A DNA stretch of 39,120 nt from Octopus bimaculoides (GCF_001194135.2 NC_069006.1:11257774-11296893), one strand, 5' to 3'. Shown: positions 9,716 to 21,169, numbered from the stretch's first letter. Notes: a model not told the origin generated them from the sequence alone. A program made the numbers and translations.

Positions 9716-10440
9716 CACAGACGGAAGGAAAGCCAGTTTGAAAAGTTCATGTGACGGTCTGTGTGGTCGAGGATCCAAGGAGTCGCTACCTAAAGTGGTC
9801 CTGGTTCCCTTAGAGTGTCAGGAACAAACAAGTCAAAACATTTGTTTGACGAGAGATCTGCTGAAAATTTTTCCTGTTGTCCACTCGCCCACAAGTTTCC
9901 ACACATTACTTTATCCAAACATGTTTTTACTTTTGGAGATGTAACTGAGGGAGATTTAATTGTTGTTTTAGCAAATCGAGAGACTACGCAGAGGTTCCCT
10001 CTCTTTATGTAAGAAACTCCAGAAGACGAGATAGCTATGGTGGTGGTCAGTAAGAGTCACAAATTCAATAGCAGTTGGTATTATTATTGGTCGGTCTCCT
10101 GTCAACCATGATTAAAGCCGTTCCATCCATAGCTATCTCGTCTTTTTCTTTATCCAGGTATAATGTATCTAGGACTACATTACCCAATGTGTCTTTCTTT
10201 CTCTTTTTTTTTTAAGATCGTAAGCAGTATGACTTGTGAAAGATTTCGCTTTTAACATCACAACCAGACGATCCAACAAGAGTTACGTCCCTTGAAACGA
10301 AGGCTTTGTGACGGCTTCAGTGGACTTCAAAATAAGGCTGCGATTTGGTCTAACTGACCTGGCCGTCGCTTTGAAAGCTGTCGATTGATTGGGTTGCCAT
10401 GGCTTGGAGTTTGAATCTAATGTTTTAAGAATATACACCT

Positions 10441-10471
<31 letters not shown>

Positions 10472-10564
10472 TCACGCTCCTTCTCAACGTCAATTTACAA
10501 TCATCGGCATCATCACCACTACACACATACATACATACACACGTGTGCGTGTGTGTGTGTGTGC

Positions 10565-10880
10565 GAAGGCAAGAGGCTTAGTAGTTAGGACATTTGGCTC
10601 ATGATTGTAACATAGTGAGTTCAATACCTGGCAGCGCATTGTGTCCTTAAGCAAGACACTTTATTACATGTTGCTCCAGTCCACTCAACTGGTAAAAATG
10701 AGTAAGTGCCTGTATTTCAAAAGGGCCAGCTTTGTCACATTCTGTATCATGCTGAATCTCCCTAACTACGTTAAGGGTATGCGTGTCTGTGGAGTGCTCA
10801 ACCACTTGCACATTAATTTCATGAGCAAGCTGTTCCATTGCTCAAATCAACGGGAACACTCATCAATGTAGCCAATAGAG
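10565..10880 (+). mobile_element. SINE family B (tRNA head plus CORE-like domain), subfamily B2
   Basis: ggcttagtagttagg...gagttcaatacc...gtgtccttaagcaagacactttattacatgttgctccagtccactcaactggtaaaaatgagta resembles the CORE domain. Related copies lie at 21170 and 28785. Confidence 0.8.
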
Positions 10881-10905
10881 AGCCAGTTATGTGTGTGTGT
10901 GTGTG

Positions 10906-11135
10906 TATTTTTTCCTGGTGAAGGTCGGTTTATGGGGTTACCCTGGGTTTCCCGTCCATAAAGGGTTTAACTTTATGGCATATCATCAAGATCTTCAGAC
11001 CTCTATGACCTCTTTAAAATATTTTAGATATTTTAAAGAGGTCATAGGGGTCTGAAGATATGTCATAAAGTTAAACCCTTTATGGACAAGAAACCCAGGG
11101 TAACCCTATAAACTGGCCTTTACCAGGAAAAAATA
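10906..11135. mobile_element. 230-bp foldback element made of two inverted hammerhead-like motifs
   Basis: Near-perfect inverted repeat centred near 11025 with TA at both ends. Right arm (+): ATAGGGGT-CTGAAGA(11052-58)-hairpin(11059-89)-GAAA(11090-93)-CCCAGGG-TA(11101-02)-ACCCTAT. The left arm mirrors it on the minus strand. Confidence 0.75.
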
Positions 11136-11220
11136 TAGACTGCTCTACTTCTTAGAGTGTGCTTCTTCCCTGGATTTGTTTTTTTTTTAAATGATGTATA
11201 TATGTGTGTGTGTGTGTGTG

Positions 11221-11590
11221 AAGGCGCATGGCTCAGTAGTTAGAGCGTCAAGCTTACGATCATGAGGTTGTGAGTTCAGATCCTGGACCAGGCTGCATGC
11301 TGTGTTCTTGAGCAAGACACTTTATTTCACGTTGCTCCAGTTCACTCAGCTGTAGAAATGAGTTGCGACGTCACAGGTGCCANNNNNNNNNNTCAGCTGT
11401 AGAAATGAGTTGCGACGTCACAGGTGCCAAGCTGTATCGGCCCCTTTGCCTTTCCCTTGAATAACACTGGTGGTGTGGAGAGGAGAAGCCGGTATGCATG
11501 GGCGACTGTTGGTCTTCCATGAACAACCTTGCCTGGGAGGGTAACTTTCTAGGCGCAATCTCATGGTCAGTCATGACCGAAAGAGGTCTC
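11221..11590 (+). mobile_element. SINE family B (tRNA head plus CORE-like domain), near full length
   Basis: A box TGGCTCAGTAG, B-box-like GAGTTCAGATCC and ttgagcaagacactttatttcacgttgctccagttcactcagctgtagaaatgag. Very similar to 36898-37215. Confidence 0.85.
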
Positions 11591-12058
11591 AGCACATATA
11601 TATATATATATATATTTATGTGTATGTATAGATGACAGGATTCCAAGCAGTTTCTGTCTACTAAATTCACTCACAAGGCAACCCGAAATCATGAGCTTGC
11701 AAAGCAAGCTTTTTAACCACAGCCAGGCCTGCATCAATGCATTCATATCATCACACACACACACACACCCGTCTGGCCCCTAAAAATGACATGATCATTA
11801 AGGACTGAGTAAAATTATTGAAGAATAACATGTACCAGCTCTGTAGNNNNNNNNNNNNNNNNNNNNNNNNNNNNNNNNNNNNNNNNNNNNNNNNNNNNNN
11901 NNNNNNNNNNNNNNNNNNNNNNNNNNNNNNNNNNNNNNNNNNNNNNNNNNNNNNNNNNNNNNNNNNNNNTCTTTACTGGTCAACCTGAAATACAAGAAAA
12001 TATATGGAAATATTTAATATAGTAATAATAATAATAATAATAATAGTAGTAGTAGTAG

Positions 12059-12090
<32 letters not shown>

Positions 12091-12299
12091 GCTAATCACC
12101 CAGACAGAAAAAAAAAGCCAACACAATACAGTACTGGGAAGAGTTTGCACACGCCCAGCAGCAGCAGCAGAAAAAATACACAATGCTGCACACCCCAGCA
12201 ACACAGAGGTATAGCAGGCAATGCAGTAGAAATTTGCCTCAATCTACCAAATGTTGAACAGTTATATAATAATAATAATAATAATAATAATATGTGGGT

Positions 12300-12617
12300 G
12301 GGAGTATCATAGCCATTCTTAGGAGTTTGAATAATTCACTTTTGAAAACATGGGTATTCATTCAACATCCTTAAACAAAGCTTATTCAGGGACCTTTTGA
12401 GCAGGATGGGCTACTCAACCTGACAAAAATTCTAACTGGGCCCCACCTGCAAGGTCATGCAATGTTTATCTTGATACGAGTTCACCATGTCACGCACATA
12501 TGGTTGTGATGCATGTGCCTGGCGTACCCTTATCAGACGGGTAGTCATGATGGGTATACTGGGCTTTGTATATTTTACCCCAGTGTAACTTTGATGGCAT
12601 GCACTGCTCTCTCACTC

Positions 12618-12660
<43 letters not shown>
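12300..12660 (+). repeat. Unclassified retroposon-like 3' segment ending in (AAT)n
   Basis: Non-coding segment ending ggcatgcactgctctctcactc-(AAT)n. No second copy in the window. Confidence 0.4.
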
Positions 12661-12661
<1 letters not shown>

Positions 12662-12674
12662 CAACAACAACAAC

Positions 12675-12886
12675 AATGGTTTCAAATTGTGGCACAAGGC
12701 CAACAATCTGGGGTCAGGGTAAGTCTATTACATCAACCCCCAGTATTCAAGTGGTACTTATTTTTATTGACCCTGAAAAGATGAAAGGCAAGAGGTTGAC
12801 ATTGATGGAATTTGAAACTGGAATGTAACAAATCAGGAGAGAAGCATTTCTGTCCAACCTGCTACTGATTCTGCCAGCTTGCCACC

Positions 12887-12919
<33 letters not shown>

Positions 12920-14223
12920 GTAATAATAATAATAATCCTTTCTACTAAAGCACAAGGCCTGAAATTTTGGGAACGGGGACTACTCGATTAAATTGACCCC
13001 CGGTGTTTCACTAGTACTTAATTTATCGACCCCAAAAGGATGAAAGACAAAGTCAACCTTAGCGGAATTTGAACTCAGAATATAGCAGCAGACAAAATAC
13101 CGCTAAGCATTTTGCCCAGCGTGCTAATGATAATAATAATAACAATAATAATAACAATAATAATAATAATAATAATAATAACGATGTTTGATGTTATATG
13201 AACATGGCCGGAAATTTTGGAGTCCAGAGCTAGTCGATCACATCAATTCCAGTATTCGACTGGTACTTATTTCAATCGACCCTGAAAGGATAAAAGGTAG
13301 TTGACCTTGGCCGAATTTGAAATCAGAACGTGAAGATGAATGACATGCCACTAAGCATTTCACCCAGCATGCTAACGATTCTCCCAGCTCCCTGCTTTCA
13401 TTACACGAATAATAACCTTTTCTACCATAGGCACAAGGCCTGAAAGTTTGGGGGAAAGGGGACCAGTTGATTAGATCAACCCCAGTACACAACGGGTACT
13501 TAATTTATCGACCCCAAATGGATGACAGGCAAAGTTGACTTTGGTGGAATTTGAACTCAGAACATAGCAACAGACGAAATACACCTAAGCATTTTGCCTG
13601 GCGTGCTAATGGTTCTGCCAGCTTGCTACCTTTACTCAAATAATAATAACACATGCACAAGTTTAAACATTGCAAGGCATTTTGTCTGATACTCTAATGA
13701 TTTCCTCAATCAACTTCTCTTAATAGATAATAATAATTATTATATCAGCCCCTAGAATAAAAGGGAACACAGAAAAGTACCTTGTACTACTCTCCTCAGC
13801 ACAACATTTGTCAGATAGGATTCCTTTGACTGATACCATTTAATTTGAATCTTTCCAAAAATCAGACGACCAAATACCCAGTCTTTCTGTTATACTGTTT
13901 GCCTTTTATGTGTGTTACTGTCTCCTTGTCTTGACATCATGTGATAGTTGTAAATGAATGTCCCTGTCATACAAGGAGTGTCATTCTGTAGAAACATGCC
14001 TGGCCAAAGGAAAATATTGGTTTCACATTTTGGAACAAGGCCGGCAATTTTGAGGAAAGGGATAAGTCAATTTAAATGACCCTACTGGTACTTATTTTAT
14101 CGACCCCCCCAAAAGGATGAAAGATAAATGGACCTTAGAGGAATTTGAACTCTGAATGGGACAGACGATATGCTGCTAAGCATTTTGCCCAGCATGCTAA
14201 CGGTTCTGCCAGATCACCACCTT
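12675..14223 (-). mobile_element. Cluster of five co-oriented SINE family C copies (about 12675-12889, 12937-13128, 13185-13397, 13415-13635, 14025-14223), the first four separated by (AAT)n-type spacers
   Basis: Each copy contains ...ttattttatcgaccc.gaaaggatgaaaggcaaagtcaacct.ggcggaatttgaactcagaac...aagcatttt.ccc.gc.tgctaa. Confidence 0.85.
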
Positions 14224-15184
14224 GGACAAGAGAAGATATTACCTTACTTGGAAACAGGTGAAGATCGGCAATAGAAGGGGCCCCTGGTCTTAGAAAATCC
14301 ACAACAAATTCTGTCCAACCCATGCAAGCATGAACATGTGGACATTAAAATGATAATGATAATAATGATGTTAGCACTTCTGGCAGTTGCTTAGCAACTG
14401 AATATCTCTGACAAAGAATTTTCTAGGGATAAGAAAGACTAGCTTGACAACACACATACACAACACACATACATACTCACAAATAGCCATATATATATAT
14501 ATATATATAGGGGTGTGGAGAGAGATATCAATAGATAGATAGATAAGCACACACAAGTTTTTGCAATAAAACAATGTAATCTGATCTAGTGACTTCGCAA
14601 TTATTAGACAAGTTACGTATTATTATACATATGGGGTGCACATATATGTGTGTGCAAGTACAAATACACAAACACACACACACATCAGCTCAGTCAGCGA
14701 AGAGGAGTTACAACTAGATAAAATCTCTTTGGCAGTTTGAATGCACAAATCTGATATCCAAGTGGCTAAAATGTGTCACCATTGGGTCATGACTTGGACG
14801 TGGCCCAGCCCCCTTAGAGTGTAAAAAGTTAAGGGCCAAAACACCAGACTGGTGGGGAAGGGTCTTCTCCAAGGACCTTCTGTTGAGAGTTTCATACCAC
14901 ACACAAACACCAGCTGGACAGCTTTTTGCAACATCAGTGAATCCTTTATTCCCTTCTTCCTATGTCACAGATGACAAAAATCTCTCATCTGAGCATGACA
15001 CTGGCTGTGAGTGTGCACCAACAGGGAGGCTGAAATACATCTGACACTCTCACTGGCAGCTGCTGACATGAAATTTCATCTCACTCTGATATTTGTGTTT
15101 CTTAAACACATCAACTCCATAAGAGATGATATCTCAAGACAAATACAGCAGTAACTGGTCTATCAACAGTGTGTACACATTAAG

Positions 15185-15365
15185 TATCATCACCATCATT
15201 TAACGTCCGTTGCCCAAGCTGGCATGGGTTGGACTGTTTGACCAGGGCTGGCATGCTGGAAGGCAGCACCAGACTCCACTCCGATTTGGTATGGTTTTCT
15301 ACAGCTGGATGCCCTTCCTAATGCCAACCACTCCGAGAATGTAATGGGTGCTTTTAAGTGCCAGT
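15185..15365 (-). mobile_element. RTE 3'-tail-derived repeat
   Basis: catcaccatcatttaacgtccgttgcccaagctggcatgggttggac... Confidence 0.8.
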
Positions 15366-15544
15366 AAGCTCTCAATCTCTCTCTCTCTCTATATATANNN
15401 NNNNNNNNNNNNNNNNNNNNNNNNNNNNNNNNNNNNNNNNNNNNNNNNNNNNNNNNNNNNNNNNNNNNNNNNNNNNNNNNNNNNNNNNNNNNNNNNNNNA
15501 TATATATATATATATATATAACAGTGAATGAGTTACAGAAAAAA

Positions 15545-15830
15545 AAAGAGTGGAGAGAGCAACTGGTGTAACGTTAGTGAATTTCAAGAAACATGGAAGT
15601 TTTGAAGTCTCAACATTTCAACATGCTTCAACATTTCTGCATTAGAAAAAATGTTTCCAAAAGTCATGGAGACTGTGTTGCTTTTTGACTCTGGAAGCAT
15701 GTGCATGGGTGTTAGACATATGGAATTCAAAAAATATCCATGGGGTTGTTGCTGTTATTGGAAAGATGGTGGATAATCTTGTGGGTGTCTACCGAATCAG
15801 TTGCTGGACATTGGAGATTTAATGTGTCTA
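15545..15830 (-). mobile_element. CR1-type LINE 3' fragment
   Basis: Its reverse complement aligns by eye with the CR1 fragment at 27540-27860 (catgacttt..gaaacatttttt; cttgaaattcac). Confidence 0.7.
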
Positions 15831-16292
15831 AGAAGTATTTTACTCAGAAACGCAATGCATCAACCAGGCTAGGAATTGAAACCACTATCTTGCAAGCATG
15901 AGTGCAACGCCCTATCCACTAGAACTGGTTAGAAGAAAATAAGAAATTCAGTGCCTTCATGAGAAGAAGAAAAAAACGACAATTAAGTTTCCATCTACTA
16001 AATCTATCAGTTAATCTATCAGTTAATCCAGAACACTTACTGAAGGTATCAAGCAGTAGGACTGAACATGAAAGCATGTGATTGGGAAGCAACCTTCTTA
16101 ACCAGACAGCCATGCCTATTGCAATGAGGAGGATTTAGTTAATCTGGTTGAACGATGGCTGTTACATTCGATACACCCAACATCTGTACAAAGTTGGATT
16201 GGTGTGAGACACACCTGTATAATATTTATGTATAACACTATTAAGTGTCCTGTAGTTAAATATTCAATGTCAAACAAGATCATGATACCTTA

Positions 16293-16564
16293 TCTTTTAC
16301 ATGTTTCAGTCACTGGGGCACCGCCTTGAATGGTTTAGCCAAACAAATCAACCTCGGTACTTATTTTTAAGTCTGGTACTTAATCTAATGGTCCCATTTG
16401 CCAAACCTCTAAGTTACAAAGACATAAACAAACCAATACTGGTTGTCAAAAGGCAGGGGTAAGGAACAAACACACACACACATAATACACTTTTAGACAT
16501 ATATACACACAGATATACATATACACACATATATATACATACATACACACACACACATGTATAT

Positions 16565-16596
<32 letters not shown>

Positions 16597-16752
16597 ATGG
16601 GCTTCCTCACAGTTTCTATCAACCAAATTCATTCACAAGGCATAGGTCAGCTCAAAGCTATAGTAGAAGACACTTATGCAAGGTACCACACAGCGGGACT
16701 GAACCTGAAACCCTGTGGTTACAAAGTGGACTTGTTAACCACACAGCCATAC
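16293..16752 (-). mobile_element. SINE family A, complete bipartite copy
   Basis: 3' body at 16293-16470, (CA/TA)n at 16470-16595, tRNA-like head at 16596-16752. Confidence 0.8.
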
Positions 16753-17169
16753 CTCTGGAAGCTAATTCAACAACAGGTTTTATATGAGAAAGCCTCCAAA
16801 TAGATATTCCCAGTAAAAAGAGAACCAGAAATCAGTAGAGCTTTGACTTTTCAAGTCTTGTACAGAATGCCTAGACACAAACCTGGATATTTCTATACCT
16901 CCATGTGAACTAGACTGTTACATAATGATATAGGATGTCACTGAATGGAATTACAGCAAATACTTAACTCTATACATTCGTACATATGTATATACACACA
17001 TCTATATGCACATAAATATATACACATACACACACCCATTTATATATACACATATATATATAAATAGAAACAGAGAGAGATAGAATATAAAACTAAATAT
17101 ATACATTTACAAAGACATACATACACATATACACACACATACCCATATACATATACACATTTACAGACA

Positions 17170-17203
17170 ACCACAGGCATATACACTCATATATATAGAC
17201 ACA

Positions 17204-17245
<42 letters not shown>

Positions 17246-18075
17246 CACACACATACAGACACATACACATGTACATACATATATATACGTGCTAACATCT
17301 CTTCTCCCCCACCCATCCACCTCTCTCCATTTTGAGCTCAAGTCCCACAGGAACTGACTTTGCTTTCCGTTCCTCCAGGGGTAGGGAGGTTCTACTAAGT
17401 AATTATCAGTAACTGTACTGCAGTTGAGCCATGTAACAACAGTCCCCTTCCTGATGCTAGACTTGCTAGAAATAACAGCTAAATCTTCATATAACATTCT
17501 ACTGTGTTGAGAAAAATAACATAGGTAATGTATTCCTTGATATACTATGCCTGAGAAATATGGGATGCACCAAGGCAGGGTGGCTTCATAGGTCTTCTTG
17601 ATCTGATAGAAATAGCAACTAAATCCCTTTCATGTCAATACCCTACCGTCTTAGGAAAAAAAAGCACAGTAAATAAAGTAGTCCTTGATACACTATACCC
17701 GAAAATATACAGGATAGTCCTAACCAGGACCATAGATCTTCCTGATCTGCTGAAAATAGCAACCAAATCTCTATCATGTCACTCCCTACTATCTTAAAAA
17801 AGGGAAAAGAACAAATAGATAATGTAGTCCTAGAGACACTATACCCCAAAATATAGGATGGTCCGAGTTGGTACGCCTTCATAGATCTTCTTTATCTGCT
17901 AAAAATAGCAACCAAATTTCCCTAATACCACACCTTGCTGTCTATAGAGAAAAAAGCTAAATAAAAAAACGTATCCTAGATACACAATACTTAAATAAAA
18001 GATGGGATGGCCATCGCTGGAATGCCTTTATTCGTAGGTCTGCTGGATCGAGGATGACCTGGAGCTAAACAACAT
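17170..18075 (+). repeat. Copy 2 of the 430-bp repeat, extended into a degenerate tandem array of about 145-bp units
   Basis: The marker gatctgct.gaaatagcaac recurs near 17460, 17600, 17744 and 17893. Confidence 0.8.
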
Positions 18076-18509
18076 TATTATATAAAAACGTCATTCAAGT
18101 ATTTAATTACAGCTATTTATAGCATCGTCGGCCGAAATCCCTTCAGGTTACATTTTGGCCTTCAAATTCTTCTTGATAATAAAATACCAGTTATGTACTG
18201 AGGTTAGAGGGGTGGGGTAAATCTAATTCCCAACACCACCACCACCCCTCTCTCCCAAAATATCTGGCCTCCTGTTCGTTATAGCAATACAGACTATATA
18301 AGATGTAAGATGTTATACGGTAATTAAATATGGGAAGTGAACGTTGTGTGAGAATGCCTGTGTGTTTGGCGGAGCGCGTACATGTGTATGTGTAAGTGCG
18401 TTAATGCACGTGTATATAAGTGTTATTGCCGCGCGCACACACACACAACGCTGCAGTCCCTGTAGTGAACTAAACTAGATACCATATCATATATAATGGC
18501 CACTCTGAG

Positions 18510-18815
18510 AGTTCTCTCCCCTTCCTCCCCTCTCATTTGTCTATCCTTCTTTCTCCCTCCCTTTCTCTCTCTCTCTCTCTCTCTCTGTTTCCCCCTCCTT
18601 CCCTGTTTTCCTCACTATCATCTTCTTTGTCCTCCCTTCTTTCTATCTCTTTCTCCCTCTATTCGTCTCTTTCCTTTCGTTCCTCTCTCTCTTTCTCTTT
18701 TCCCTCCCACTCTTCTTTCGTCCCCCCCTCTCTCTCTCTCTACTATCTCTGTCTCTCCATCCTCTTTGCCCTCCCTTCTTTTAATCTCTTTCTCCATCTT
18801 TTCCTCTCGACCTGG
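18510..18815. repeat. About 300-bp polypyrimidine/polypurine (CT-rich) tract
   Basis: Almost exclusively C/T on the plus strand. Confidence 0.9.
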
Positions 18816-19044
18816 TTTTCTGGAAGGTTCTACTCATGAAAGAATGTGAAGGAATTTTTAGCTTAGAAAAAAAAAAATTAACAAACAAATAAACAAATAA
18901 CGATTCCGGAAATAAAAATGACAAAAAACAAACAAACAGAACGACCGTTTTATTTTAAATAATTTCACCCGAATTTGATGGACGTATGACCTTTCTTCAT
19001 TTTTTCTAGCATGGCTTCGCTTCTATTTTCTTTTAGGTCTTTTT

Positions 19045-19275
19045 GTTACTTGTTCCATTGGACTGCAGCCATGCTGGGGCACCACGTCGAAGGGTTTTAG
19101 TCGAATGTATCGACCCCACCCCTAGCTCTTATATTTTTGTTTTATTTATTTTTTTGTTGGGAGTGGAAGGGGGCATTTTCCAGTCTGGTACTTATTCTAT
19201 CACTCTCTTTTTACCGGCAGGTTATGGGGCCATAAGCAAACCAATACCGGTTGTCAAGCTGTGATGGGGGAAGGA

Positions 19276-19315
<40 letters not shown>

Positions 19316-19585
19316 GGCATTAAAAAAGCATTGGGCCATACAGACAATGCCAAAGCAGAGACTGGAACACAAGGCATTCCTCAAACCCACTGAATCCTGT
19401 CAAACTGTCCAACCCATGCCAGCATGGAACATGGACGTTAAATGATCATTACGATGACAACAGGCTTCCACACAGTTTCTGCCTACCAAATTCACTCACA
19501 AGACAGCCTGCTGCTATAGTAAAAAACACATGCACAAGGTGCCACACGGTGGGACTGAACTCAAAACAACACAGTCACCAAATGA
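19045..19585 (-). mobile_element. SINE family A, composite copy with an inserted RTE-tail fragment
   Basis: Body at 19045-19285, (CA)n, RTE-tail piece at about 19385-19460 (+), head at about 19462-19585. Confidence 0.7.
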
Positions 19586-19733
19586 GCATCTTAACTACAT
19601 GACCCTTTCCCTTTTTTTATGTCTTCTCACTGTCACTCATTGGTTTTACAAAGTTGTAGAATATAGTACCTTACTTGAAAACAAGAATGGATTGGCATCA
19701 GGAAGTGCACCAAGCTCTGGAATACTGCATTAA

Positions 19734-20757
19734 CCCTTTAGCATTCAGATTACTCTGTCAAATCATCATCATGATTTAATGTCTGTTTTCCATGCTGGCA
19801 GAGGTTGGATAGCTTGACAGAAACTGGCAAGGCCAGGGGCTGCACCAGGTTCCATAGTCTGTTTCGGCATAGTTTCTCCAGCGGGACGCCTTTCTTAACA
19901 TCACCCAATGTACAGAGTGTACTGGGTGCTTTCTATGTGGCACCAGCACCAGCACCTAAGCTTTTTACATGGCACTTTGGTTTTAAGATATCAATTCTGT
20001 TGTGGTGGGCAGATCTTCTCAAGTACAGCAATGTGTCACATATCTTAGTCCTCAGCGTTTTGAGATTGGCCTTCAATACTTTGACCCATGTCCTCTAGGG
20101 TCTCTGTTGTCCACAACTTCCCTCCACTTCTTTATGCAACTGCCCTCATCCATCCACATTGCATGACCAAACCAGCACAGTCTCCTCTCCTGCATACTCT
20201 GTCGAATGTAATCTTCTACTATAATAATACTCTTGTGTTTTTCTTTGTCACAACATATGAAAGAGAAAGGAAGAGGTGATGGCAAACTGGTAGTGGGTGC
20301 ATTTCAACTCTGTGTGAGTATATGCGTATGTAAAAGGGTAGAATGTGTGTGTGTGCGTGTGTGCAATGGAAGTGAGACAGTGAACATTCAATGCTGAAAA
20401 GAAAAATCAAACAGCATTTCAACTGTTCTTTCAGTAACAAACGATTATTGATGTCACATCTCAAAAGACAACCACTAAATAACATTGACAAGTGGATTAA
20501 TTTGATTTACCATCCATATTTATATATAAAATACTACAATCGTTGTCATTTTTGATGGCACGGTGCCAGCTGGTACTTATATATTCACATTGTTTTGAAT
20601 TAATCATGCATTATCTCGAAGCTTCGAGATTTCAGCAATGTGATAGTTTATTTTTAGAATGGCATTGTAGGGTAGGTGTGAGACACCAGATCTGGCCAGT
20701 TTGAACATAGAACAGAGAATATTTGGGCTGGATATGACCAGCTTAAATGCTAAAGAG
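19734..20757. mobile_element. piggyBac-type MITE (family P1) split by an insertion of about 810 bp
   Basis: TTAA|CCCTTTAGCATTCAGATTACTCTGTCAAAT (19734-19763) continues at about 20573-20757 (attcacattgttttgaattaatcatgc...aaatgctaaagag), colinear with the intact copy at 8369-8581. Confidence 0.75.
19764..20205 (-). mobile_element. 5'-truncated RTE LINE 3' end (RT C-terminus plus 3' UTR tail)
   Basis: Minus strand reads MQERRLCWFGHAMWMDEGSCIKK (RRLRWFGHVxRM motif), followed by the ...ccagcatggaaaacagacattaaatcatgatgatg tail. Confidence 0.8.
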
Positions 20758-21169
20758 TTGTCTTCTCTAACCCAGACATAAAAGCAATGAGGAGACCCCC
20801 CCCCCAACACACACACATACACTTGTCCACAGACTTAATTTTGACCAGTTAAACGTTATAATTATGTTTAATTAATGTAGGTAAATGACATATCTTCATT
20901 ATATTATAATTTATTATAAATATTCCTGACATTTTTGCAGTATGCAATCAGAAAAGTTAAACTGGCAGCTCTCTTTGTGTGTGTGTGTGTGTGTGTGTCT
21001 TTCTCCTCTCCTTTACTCTTCTTTCTCTTTCTCTCTTTCCTTTCTCTGCCTGTCTGTCTGCCTATCTATCTATCTATCTGTCTATCTATCTATCTGTCTG
21101 TCTATCTATCTATCTATCCATCATTATCTCTGTCTGTCTGTCGCTATTTGTCCCTCTAATTCAGGCTTG

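Noticed and set aside
11345-11430. Short direct duplications around 10-N gaps (also about 22046-22148 and 25341-25689)
   Set aside because: Typical unmerged contig overlaps rather than biological tandem repeats.
12620-13635. CRISPR-like repeat-spacer appearance
   Set aside because: Eukaryotic locus; the units are roughly 200-bp diverged SINE copies with microsatellite spacers and there are no cas genes.
18496-18849. Leu/Ser/Pro/Phe-rich ORFs
   Set aside because: Translation of the CT-rich tract.
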